From Breznakia blatticola (GTDB lineage: Bacteria; Bacillota_I; Bacilli_A; Erysipelotrichales; Erysipelotrichaceae): 32,000 nucleotides of DNA. A model generated the notes under the pieces. It saw only the letters and a program-made list of their open reading frames with translations, did no database searches and was not told the DNA's origin. Shown piece after piece: positions 20,990-28,198 of this stretch. Each line of letters opens with the position of its first letter. Position 1 is the first letter of the stretch. Both the position numbers and the translations under genes were made by a program. The stretch is from contig NZ_SODD01000009.1 in assembly GCF_004365815.1 (NCBI RefSeq), positions 32,954-64,953 of the forward strand, given 5' to 3'.

Positions 20990-21832
20990 CTAGCGCACCT
21001 CCTTGTGAAATAAGTGACAGTCTTTTTCACATGCTTTGGCTTCAAAGTCTGCATACTGTCTAGATCTTGCAATCGCTTCATCGAAGTCGACTTGATGTCC
21101 ATCAAAATCAGGTCCATCTACACAAGCAAATTTCATTTCATTGTTTACACTTAGTCTACAGCATCCACACATTCCTGTTCCATCGATCATGATTGGATTC
21201 ATGCTGACCGTTGTTTTCACATCATATTGTTTTGTGAGTTGGCAGACAAACTTCATCATAACTAGTGGTCCAATTGCGATGACTTCATCAAAGATTTCAC
21301 CTGCATCAAGCAGTTCTTGTAGTTTGTTTGTGACTAAACCTTTTTCTCCTACAGTTCCATCATCACTCATCGTATACATATGATGACTAACTGCTTCAAA
21401 TTCATCACGTAAGATTTCTAAATCTTTATTTCTAAATCCAGTAATTACAGTTACTTCTGTGCCATTATCATATAGTGCTTTTGCGGTTGGGTATGCAATT
21501 GCACAACCAACTCCTCCACCAACTACACAGACACGTTTCATACCTTCTACATGACTTGGTACACCTAGTGGTCCTACAAAGTCAAGAATGGCATCTCCTA
21601 CTTCTAGGTTATCTAGTAACATCGTACTACGACCTACCAATTGGTAAATAATCGTAACAAGTCCTTTTTTTCGATCATAATCTGCAACAGTTAGGGGAAT
21701 TCTTTCTCCCATTTCATGAGAACGAAGGATAATAAATTGTCCTGCTTTTGCCTTTTTGGCAATTGCTGGTGCTTCTACTACCATTTTCGTAACCGTTGGA
21801 TTTAATCGTTCTTTTTCAACAATTTTATACAT
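20990..21832 (-). CDS. nfnA: PyrK/SudB-like FAD-[2Fe-2S] subunit, likely NfnA
   Basis: 280 aa ferredoxin-NADP reductase-like fold with C-terminal Cys cluster (GTGMCGCCR...C). The stop is 2 nt before the nfnB start. Confidence 0.65.
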   Translation of the reverse strand: MYKIVEKERLNPTVTKMVVEAPAIAKKAKAGQFIILRSHEMGERIPLTVADYDRKKGLVTIIYQLVGRSTMLLDNLEVGDAILDFVGPLGVPSHVEGMKRVCVVGGGVGCAIAYPTAKALYDNGTEVTVITGFRNKDLEILRDEFEAVSHHMYTMSDDGTVGEKGLVTNKLQELLDAGEIFDEVIAIGPLVMMKFVCQLTKQYDVKTTVSMNPIMIDGTGMCGCCRLSVNNEMKFACVDGPDFDGHQVDFDEAIARSRQYADFEAKACEKDCHLFHKEVR

Positions 21833-21842
21833 AATAGACCCC

Positions 21843-22772
21843 TTAGTATTTTTCTATACGTTGTGAAACTTCATTTTTCACTTCTTCTAGTTTCACCATA
21901 AAGCGTTGATCTAAATTCGTTAAGTTATATCCTTCTCGATATATAAATCCATCGCGATATTTCTTTCTTATTCCCTTACAAGGTTTTTGTTCGAGATTGT
22001 ATAAATCTAACAACTCTTTTGGAATTGCAGATCCCCAAATATAGGTTTTGGGTACATGTGACATAATTGCAAATTGTGTTTGTCTTTCATAAACAAAGAT
22101 TTGTTTACTACATGAATGTTCTTGATTACTCATTTGTTTCAAGTAAGGAACAAAATTATCACCATGTGAGATTTCCACAAAATCATCTAAATCTGATAAT
22201 TCGAGTTCTTCTTTATCATGTAGTGGCGAATCTTTTGCAAGTGTCACCAGGTGCTTAAATTCCCAAATCGGTTCAAAAATCACCTTCTTATTCTTTAAAT
22301 AGTCACGGAAATAGTTTTCATGTGCCATATCATAACGAATTACACCTAGATTAAATAATCCTTCTGCTACATTGGTAATGGCTTGCATTGAGTTTGTCTC
22401 TTGAATATTGACACGAATGGATTTATTTAAATCCAACTCTTCAATTAACTTTACAACGGCATAAGAAATATAACTTCCTCTAGGTATGGCTACATTGAAA
22501 CGTTGCACATCTTTAAAATCATCCAAACGAATTTGTTCGATTTTTTCAATTTGTGCCAACACTTCTTTGGCATACTTAATTAACTGTGCACCTTCTGGTG
22601 TAGGTACAGTTCCTTTTGGTCCACGTTCAAAGATGGTAAAGCCAAGGGTTTCTTCAAATTCCTTAATAACTTTACTCAAGTTTGGTTGTGCCATAAACAG
22701 TTTCTCAGCTGCATGCGTTATGGAGCGGCGTTTCTCAATTTCAATAACGTATTTAAGATATGTTGTGTTCAT
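21843..22772 (-). CDS. LysR-family transcriptional regulator
   Basis: N-terminal wHTH (SITHAAEKLFMAQPNLSKVIKEFEETLGFTIFER) plus a substrate-binding-domain-length C-terminus. The stop is 10 nt before nfnA, on the same strand. Confidence 0.85.
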   Translation of the reverse strand: MNTTYLKYVIEIEKRRSITHAAEKLFMAQPNLSKVIKEFEETLGFTIFERGPKGTVPTPEGAQLIKYAKEVLAQIEKIEQIRLDDFKDVQRFNVAIPRGSYISYAVVKLIEELDLNKSIRVNIQETNSMQAITNVAEGLFNLGVIRYDMAHENYFRDYLKNKKVIFEPIWEFKHLVTLAKDSPLHDKEELELSDLDDFVEISHGDNFVPYLKQMSNQEHSCSKQIFVYERQTQFAIMSHVPKTYIWGSAIPKELLDLYNLEQKPCKGIRKKYRDGFIYREGYNLTNLDQRFMVKLEEVKNEVSQRIEKY

Positions 22773-22814
22773 AGTATCTCCCTGTAACCCAAGTGGGTCA
22801 TATACATAAGTGTA

Positions 22815-22843
22815 TTATAGGTGATTTACTTTCTATCTTCAAC
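22815..22843 (-). promoter_or_regulatory. Sigma-A promoter of the lysR-nfnAB unit
   Basis: Minus strand: TTGAAG (22843-22838), exactly 17 nt spacer, TATAAT (22820-22815). Confidence 0.6.
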
Positions 22844-22863
22844 TAAAGAACTTTACATTTCTT

Positions 22864-24021
22864 TTATAGAGCAACAACCTTTAAAATTGCATCGATTAAA
22901 GATAATTCTTTTACTACATCATCGACATCTTTACTATTCACATCGACCATTGTATACGCATAATCATTTTTACTTTTATTAATTAAGTTTTCAATATTAA
23001 TTCCCTTATCAGAAATCGTTTGCGTAATTTGGGCAATCATATTTGGTGCATTACGGTGGAAAATTGTAATTCTTGCTTCTCCACTACGATCCATATGTAC
23101 ATTTGGTAAGTTCACCGAATGTAAAATGTTTCCATTTTCTAAGAAATCTTGAATTTGATCCACTGCCATAATTGCACAGTTTTCTTCTGATTCTGGTGTA
23201 GATGCACCTAAATGTGGAATACAAATTACACCTTTCGCATGTAAGATATCTCCATTTGGGAAATCGGTAACATAATTTTTTACTTTCCCTGCTTCAATTG
23301 CATCTACAACAGCTTTTTCATCAACGAGTCCACCACGTGCAAAGTTAAGAATACATACGTTATCTTTCATTTTTGCAATCGCTTCACTATTGATCATGTT
23401 TTTTGTTTTATCGCTTAATGGAACATGCACAGAAATGTAATCACATTTCTCATATAGTTCTTCTAATGTTTTCGCATAATGTACTTTACGTGATAACTGC
23501 CAAGCAGCATCAATTGAAATATATGGATCGTATCCGTACACTTCCATACCAAAGTGTAATGCTAAGTTTGCTACTTTGATACCAATGGCACCTAGACCGA
23601 TAATTCCTAGCTTCTTACCACGTAACTCATTTCCAACAAAGTTACTTTTTTCTTTTTCAACAATAGTTGATACATCATCATTTTCTGCTAATGTACTTAC
23701 CCAGTTCATCGCATTATATACAGGACGTGCAGATAATAACATACCAGCAAATACCAATTCTTTAACTGCATTCGCATTTGCTCCAGGTGTATTAAAACAT
23801 ACAATTCCCGCTTCGCTACAACGATCGATTGGTAAATTGTTAACTCCTGCTCCAGCACGAACAATGGCGCGAAGTTCATCGTTAAACTCCATATCGTTTA
23901 ATTTAGCACTACGTACTAAAATCCCATCCGGATTTACTACATCTTCACCGAAACGGTATGTTTCATCATCAAAGAGTGCTAAACCCTTTGGTGAGATTTT
24001 ATTATATAGTTTTATATTCAT
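22864..24021 (-). CDS. serA: D-3-phosphoglycerate dehydrogenase with C-terminal ACT domain
   Basis: 2-hydroxyacid dehydrogenase NAD fold (GIIGLGAIG) and an ACT-like C-terminus. ATGA overlap with the serC stop. Confidence 0.9.
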   Translation of the reverse strand: MNIKLYNKISPKGLALFDDETYRFGEDVVNPDGILVRSAKLNDMEFNDELRAIVRAGAGVNNLPIDRCSEAGIVCFNTPGANANAVKELVFAGMLLSARPVYNAMNWVSTLAENDDVSTIVEKEKSNFVGNELRGKKLGIIGLGAIGIKVANLALHFGMEVYGYDPYISIDAAWQLSRKVHYAKTLEELYEKCDYISVHVPLSDKTKNMINSEAIAKMKDNVCILNFARGGLVDEKAVVDAIEAGKVKNYVTDFPNGDILHAKGVICIPHLGASTPESEENCAIMAVDQIQDFLENGNILHSVNLPNVHMDRSGEARITIFHRNAPNMIAQITQTISDKGINIENLINKSKNDYAYTMVDVNSKDVDDVVKELSLIDAILKVVAL

Positions 24022-25097
24022 TTTGTATTTTCCTCTTCAAATTCTTTCATAAACGCAACTAGTGTTTCTACACCTTCTTTTGACATTGCATTGTAAATGC
24101 TTGCACGCATTCCTCCAACACTTCTATGTCCTTTTAAATTCACCATTCCTTTAGCTTTCGCTTCTTTTACAAATTTTGCATCTAATTCTGCATCACCAGT
24201 AACAAATGGGACATTCATTAATGAACGGTCTTCTTTTGCGACAGTTCCTTTAAATAGTTTTGATTGATCTAAATAATCGTATAAGATTTGTGCTTTTTCT
24301 TGGTTATATTTACCAAGGTTTTCTAGACTGCCAAATTCTTCTGCAATCCATTCAAGTACAAGACCTAAAATGTAAATTGCATATGTAGGTGGCGTGTTAA
24401 ACATCGAATCGTTATCCGCTTGCACCTTGTATGAAAGCATTGAAGGTAGTGTTGTATCATCTTTAATTAAGTCTTTACGTACAATCACAACAGTCAGTCC
24501 TGCCATACCCATATTTTTTTGCGCACCTGCAAAGATAATTCCATATTTACTTACATCAATTGCTTCAGAAAGAATACAGCTTGATAAATCTGCGACTAAT
24601 GGAAGTCCTTTTGTATCAGGTAGTTCTTTATATTTTGTTCCATAGATCGTATTGTTTTCACAAATATAGAAGTAGTCCACATCTTCTGGTACTTCATAGT
24701 CTTTGGGAATATATGAGAATGTGTCATCTTCACTACTAGCAACAACGACTGCTTCTCCAAATTTCTTCATTTCACCAATTGCTTTTTTTGACCAAGCTCC
24801 TGTATTAATAAATGCTGCCTTTTTATGTTTACCTAATAGATTCATTGGCACCATTGTAAACTGTGTACTTGCTCCCCCTTGTAAGAATAATACTTCGTAA
24901 TTCTCAGGAATGTTCATCAGTTTAATTAGCTTGGACTTACAGGAGTTGAAAACCTCTACAAACTCAGCCGAACGATGTGACATCTCCATAATTGATTGTC
25001 CTGTTTGGTTGTAGTTAAGCATTTGTTCGCTTGCTTTCTTTAGAACCTTATCACTCATTTGTGATGGTCCTGCACTAAAGTTAATCACTCTGTTCAT
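24018..25097 (-). CDS. serC: 3-phosphoserine aminotransferase
   Basis: 359 aa. NFSAGPS N-terminus and class V aminotransferase layout. AAGGAG RBS. Confidence 0.93.
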   Translation of the reverse strand: MNRVINFSAGPSQMSDKVLKKASEQMLNYNQTGQSIMEMSHRSAEFVEVFNSCKSKLIKLMNIPENYEVLFLQGGASTQFTMVPMNLLGKHKKAAFINTGAWSKKAIGEMKKFGEAVVVASSEDDTFSYIPKDYEVPEDVDYFYICENNTIYGTKYKELPDTKGLPLVADLSSCILSEAIDVSKYGIIFAGAQKNMGMAGLTVVIVRKDLIKDDTTLPSMLSYKVQADNDSMFNTPPTYAIYILGLVLEWIAEEFGSLENLGKYNQEKAQILYDYLDQSKLFKGTVAKEDRSLMNVPFVTGDAELDAKFVKEAKAKGMVNLKGHRSVGGMRASIYNAMSKEGVETLVAFMKEFEEENTK

Positions 25098-25128
25098 AAT
25101 TTCAATCTCCTTTATAATATTGTCTCCT

Positions 25129-25137
25129 ATTGTAACA
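25129..25137 (-). promoter_or_regulatory. Putative extended -10 promoter element proximal to serC
   Basis: The minus strand reads TGTTACAAT (TG-n-TACAAT), about 30 nt upstream of the serC ATG. The -35 region is weak (TTCAAT at 18 nt). Confidence 0.4.
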
Positions 25138-25140
25138 CAA

Positions 25141-25155
25141 AATTTTCAAAAAATT
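25141..25155. promoter_or_regulatory. CodY-box-like palindrome
   Basis: AATTTTCAAAAAATT matches the Bacillota CodY consensus AATTTTCWGAAAATT at 14 of 15 positions on either strand. It sits over the -35 region of the proximal serC promoter. Confidence 0.4.
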
Positions 25156-25241
25156 GAAATTAATGTAATTTTTTTGTAAGAAAATGTAACTTTTATGATT
25201 TCGTGTTTTCATTTTGTTACATATTTAACTTTTAGACAATT

Positions 25242-25411
25242 AAAAAGGATTCTCTTTTCAATTGTTAGAGAATCCTTTTATCTAGAGTTGCCTTTCATTT
25301 TTTGTATCCTGTTCAACTCTTTTTCAGGATAGTTCTTTAATGAGCGATATTTGGGATTTTTGTCACCCTCACTCCTCGGGAGACATCTTTCTAGGTATCT
25401 CTACCTTGTAC
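25242..25411 (-). ncRNA. Unclassified structured RNA unit (candidate cis-regulatory leader of serCA, or an independent sRNA)
   Basis: Bounded by a good promoter (25416-25444) and an intrinsic terminator (25243-25279). Contains a GNRA-capped hairpin AGGUA-GAGA-UACCU and two interleaved perfect 7-bp helices. No ORF of 60 aa or more. No T-box core or other riboswitch signature that I recognise. Confidence 0.45.
25243..25279 (-). terminator. Intrinsic terminator hairpin (U-tracts on both strands, better on minus)
   Basis: GGATTCTCT (25247-25255) pairs with AGAGAATCC (25267-25275), extended by A4/T4, with an 11-nt loop. The minus strand continues UUUUUAAUUG. Confidence 0.7.
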
Positions 25412-25415
25412 TTGT

Positions 25416-25444
25416 ATTATAAATTAGAATGCGAAATTCGACAA
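25416..25444 (-). promoter_or_regulatory. Sigma-A-type promoter driving the unclassified RNA toward serC
   Basis: Minus strand: TTGTCG (25444-25439), 17-nt spacer, TATAAT (25421-25416). Confidence 0.5.
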
Positions 25445-25491
25445 TGTCATTCCTACCAGATATAAAACCGATTTTTCCAAATGTAAGGATA

Positions 25492-25500
25492 TGCTATAAT
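25492..25500 (+). promoter_or_regulatory. Extended -10 promoter element of the PHP phosphatase gene
   Basis: TGCTATAAT lies 24 nt upstream of the ATG at 25525. A GAGGG RBS follows. Confidence 0.45.
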
Positions 25501-25524
25501 ATCCAAAAGAAATGAGGGATTTAT

Positions 25525-26310
25525 ATGATTGATGGACACATGCATTTGGAATTTGGAGAGCTTAGTAAAGCATATGTATACGAATTTATTAATGAAGCAA
25601 AAAGAAAAGGGTTTGATACGATTCAAATATTAGATCACACCCATCGCTTTGTAGAATTCAAACCGATCTATGAAAATTTACGTGTGCATGAAATACAAGA
25701 TACTTGGCTTCAAGGCAAAACAAAATTCTGTGATAGCGTATTCGATTTTATTAATTTAATGAAAGAAATCCAACAAGAAGAGACTGAGATTGAAGTACGC
25801 TACGGTTTAGAAGTTTGCTATGCTCCAGAGTATGAAGATTTCTTAAGAGAGGAACTCGCAAAATATGATTTTGATTTTATCGTTGGTGCAATCCATTCTA
25901 TTGACGGTGTTCTCTATGATATGAGCTTCTCAAAAGAGTTATTGTGGGATGTATATGAAGTAAATGATATTTATAAACGTTACTATCAACTTGTTATGCA
26001 ACTTATCGAAAGCGATTTATTTACGCAACTTGCACACCCAGACCAATTAAAACTATTTAATCACTACCCTACATATGATTTACAAGAAACCTATGATGCA
26101 CTTGCGATTGCATTAAACAAACATCACATGAAAGCTGAAAACAATACCGGAATTCATTATCGTTATCACCACGAAGATATTGGAGATAATGAACAGTTAC
26201 TTGAAACATTAAAAAAACATGGAGTAAAGATGATTACTGCAAGTGATGCCCATAAACCAAGTGATGTTGGTACAGATATAGATATAATTGAAAGAAAAAC
26301 GATGAACTAA
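25525..26310 (+). CDS. PHP-domain phosphoesterase of the HisJ (histidinol-phosphatase) family
   Basis: N-terminal IDGHMH (DxHxH), internal His/Glu ligand positions and C-terminal ASDAH motif, about 260 aa. No other his genes in the window. Confidence 0.75.
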   Translation: MIDGHMHLEFGELSKAYVYEFINEAKRKGFDTIQILDHTHRFVEFKPIYENLRVHEIQDTWLQGKTKFCDSVFDFINLMKEIQQEETEIEVRYGLEVCYAPEYEDFLREELAKYDFDFIVGAIHSIDGVLYDMSFSKELLWDVYEVNDIYKRYYQLVMQLIESDLFTQLAHPDQLKLFNHYPTYDLQETYDALAIALNKHHMKAENNTGIHYRYHHEDIGDNEQLLETLKKHGVKMITASDAHKPSDVGTDIDIIERKTMN

Positions 26311-26325
26311 ATCATCGTTTTTTTA
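26295..26325. terminator. Bidirectional intrinsic terminator shared by the PHP gene and chrA
   Basis: AACGATGA-6 nt loop-TCATCGTT, with a T7 run on plus and UUUUUCUUU on minus. Overlaps the last codons of the PHP ORF. Confidence 0.8.
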
Positions 26326-26886
26326 TATGACATAATACAACGCAAAACCAACAACACCGGAAACAACAGTAAGTAATATTGGGTTTACATTCTTTTTAAT
26401 ATGCAGATAACTGCATACAGCAACAACCATCAAGGTAAATATATCTGGTGCATGTGGGTTCGCAATCAATTGTGAAAGTGTATCTGCACCAAACACAACA
26501 CCAAGTAGTAATGTAAAACCAGCACTTGCAACTAAACCAACTGCTGCTGGTTTTACCATATCAAGAAACTGATTCACTTTTGGATTATGGGCAAAGGTGC
26601 GTTTGAACTTAATAAATAATGGAACTAAAACAAATGAAGGCACACAAACTGCTGCAGTAGCTACTGTTGCACCAGCAAATCCATCCACTAAATATCCAAC
26701 ATAGGTTGCTGCATTAATTGCTATTGGGCCAGGAATCAACATATCAAGTGCATTTAAATCAGCAAACTGATGAAGTGTTAAACCAAGTTTTAAGGATTCA
26801 TCAAGTACCATGGATAACATGGCATATCCTCCACCAAAACCCAAAAATCCGATTTTTAAAAAGGCAAGTAAGATTTGTATTAACAT
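26323..26886 (-). CDS. chrA: Chromate transporter (CHR) family protein, short-chain half
   Basis: 187 aa, highly hydrophobic, FGGGYAM motif. Overlaps its partner by 7 nt. Confidence 0.8.
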   Translation of the reverse strand: MLIQILLAFLKIGFLGFGGGYAMLSMVLDESLKLGLTLHQFADLNALDMLIPGPIAINAATYVGYLVDGFAGATVATAAVCVPSFVLVPLFIKFKRTFAHNPKVNQFLDMVKPAAVGLVASAGFTLLLGVVFGADTLSQLIANPHAPDIFTLMVVAVCSYLHIKKNVNPILLTVVSGVVGFALYYVI

Positions 26887-27443
26887 GAACTCTTACCTCC
26901 ATCCTTTTTTATATAGCTGTAGTATACAATCCCAAATATACCTGCAAACAATATAACGTAAGGTGCTTGGAAATTAAAAACCGTAATTACTAGAAAGCTT
27001 GTGATCATCATAATCCAGTTAATAATCTTATCTAAACTATGTTGACCAATCGAAATTGCAGCCGCAAAAATAAATGCAACTGCTGATGCACGAATTCCAA
27101 CAAATGCCATTTGTAAAGGCCCTTCTTGTGGTATATATTCATAGAGTATTGTTGCTAGTAACATAAAAACAAACGCAGGTAATATACTACCTAAAGCAGC
27201 AGCAAGCATACCAGGAACACCATTACTTTTTTTACCAAAGAAACATGCACTATTTAAAGCGATGATTCCTGGAAGTGTTTGTGCCATGATTGCATCTTCT
27301 AAAAATTCATCTTTATTCATTAATTTATGTTTATCGACAATTTCCTTTTGCAGTAAAGGTAACATTGCAAGACCACCTGCAAAAGTAAATGTTCCTGCTA
27401 TTACAAAGGAACGAAATAATATCCAATTTACATTTTTTTGCAT
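26880..27443 (-). CDS. chrA: Chromate transporter (CHR) family protein, short-chain half
   Basis: 187 aa, hydrophobic, FAGGLAMLPLL motif. Paired short CHR genes are the normal arrangement (as in B. subtilis ywrA/ywrB). Confidence 0.8.
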   Translation of the reverse strand: MQKNVNWILFRSFVIAGTFTFAGGLAMLPLLQKEIVDKHKLMNKDEFLEDAIMAQTLPGIIALNSACFFGKKSNGVPGMLAAALGSILPAFVFMLLATILYEYIPQEGPLQMAFVGIRASAVAFIFAAAISIGQHSLDKIINWIMMITSFLVITVFNFQAPYVILFAGIFGIVYYSYIKKDGGKSSC

Positions 27444-27451
27444 ATGACCTC

Positions 27452-28150
27452 CTATAAATGTTGTATCAACTTTGTACGCGCCTTATAATCTGGCATATAG
27501 TTTTCTACGATTTGGTAGAAATGCTTGCTATGATTTGGTTGTACAAAGTGTGCAAGTTCGTGTAATACTACATACTCACAAAATGACTTTGGCAAATGTA
27601 GTAAGTTTGTATTTAATGTGATTTGGTTAGATCTAGTTGCACAACTTCCCCATCTAGATTTCATCTTTCGTACTTTTAGTTCTGGAAATGAAAGCCGATA
27701 ATCATCTAACATATGATCAAATTCATGAATAACTTCAATAAATCTCTTTTCACACTCTTGACGTATCCATTTATTCAATAGCGTATCACATTCTGCTTTA
27801 TCATTCACGTAATATGCGTATACTTCACTGCCTAGAAATTGAATGCCTTTCTTATTGGATTGCACACAAATAATCGTATATTCTTCATCAAAGATATATA
27901 ACGAACGGTTTTTCTGTATTGAAGTAAAAATTCGTTCAAATATTGCATGTTGTTTTTCTTGTTTTGTAAGAATCCAAGACACTCTCTCTTGTAAGAATGC
28001 ATCAATTTTATTTTGTGGAATATACGGATTCGCACTTACTTTTAAAGAACCATCTTCTTGAATTCGCATAACCATATTCTTCATTTTCTTTCGCTCTAAT
28101 TGATAGGTAATTCGATATCCATCAATTAGGATTTGTTTTGTTTCTATCAT
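27452..28150 (-). CDS. YgjP-like (DUF45/M48-type) zinc metallopeptidase-fold protein
   Basis: C-terminal HELAHFVQPNHSKHF (HExxH...H) and SRWGSC motif, 232 aa. Confidence 0.75.
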   Translation of the reverse strand: MIETKQILIDGYRITYQLERKKMKNMVMRIQEDGSLKVSANPYIPQNKIDAFLQERVSWILTKQEKQHAIFERIFTSIQKNRSLYIFDEEYTIICVQSNKKGIQFLGSEVYAYYVNDKAECDTLLNKWIRQECEKRFIEVIHEFDHMLDDYRLSFPELKVRKMKSRWGSCATRSNQITLNTNLLHLPKSFCEYVVLHELAHFVQPNHSKHFYQIVENYMPDYKARTKLIQHL

Positions 28151-28162
28151 ACGCTATAAACA

Positions 28163-28188
28163 TTAACACAAAACTAGATTTGTGTTAA
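28163..28188. repeat. Perfect 10-bp inverted repeat (candidate operator) in a 48-bp divergent intergenic region
   Basis: TTAACACAAA-actaga-TTTGTGTTAA. Each arm supplies a TTAACA -35-like hexamer for one of the two divergent genes. Confidence 0.6.
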
Positions 28189-28198
28189 GATAATTAAC

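Noticed and set aside
22844-22863. Weak AT-rich hairpin (AAAGAA...TTCTTT) after serA as a terminator
   Set aside because: The stem is only 6 A/T-rich base pairs and no U-tract follows. There is not enough evidence to call it a terminator.
23576-24052. Long antisense ORFs inside well-supported genes (e.g. 23576-24052 +, 16344-16793 +, 5285-5719 +, 13203-13583 +, 18051-18383 +)
   Set aside because: All are low-complexity, Ser/Leu/Phe/Ile-rich shadow frames of strongly supported minus-strand genes. They have no RBS and no recognisable motifs.
25278-25298. Six-codon upstream ORF (minus strand, ATG AAA GGC AAC TCT AGA TAA = MKGNSR) ending at the foot of the terminator stem, as a possible leader-peptide attenuator
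   Set aside because: It has only one Ser codon, only a weak AGGA 9 nt upstream, and no evidence of codon enrichment for any amino acid. It is too short to support from sequence alone.
25235-25444. Possible Ser-specific T-box (or other known riboswitch) upstream of serC
   Set aside because: The leader has an AGAGA string and a terminator. It lacks the invariant T-box core (GGUGGUACCGCG, which is present upstream of leuS in this same window). It also lacks recognisable glycine, THF, ykkC, SAM, lysine or ZTP signatures. I therefore left it unclassified.
25340-25465. 41-aa plus-strand ORF (MSDIWDFCHPHSSGD...) inside the serC/PHP intergenic region
   Set aside because: It has no convincing RBS and no promoter in the right place. 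It runs antisense to the better-supported minus-strand RNA unit and its composition looks like chance.
26323-27443. Two 187-aa chrA ORFs as a disrupted (pseudogenised) chromate transporter
   Set aside because: Paired short-chain CHR genes with a small overlap are a normal, widespread arrangement. Both ORFs are full-length for that class, with their own starts.
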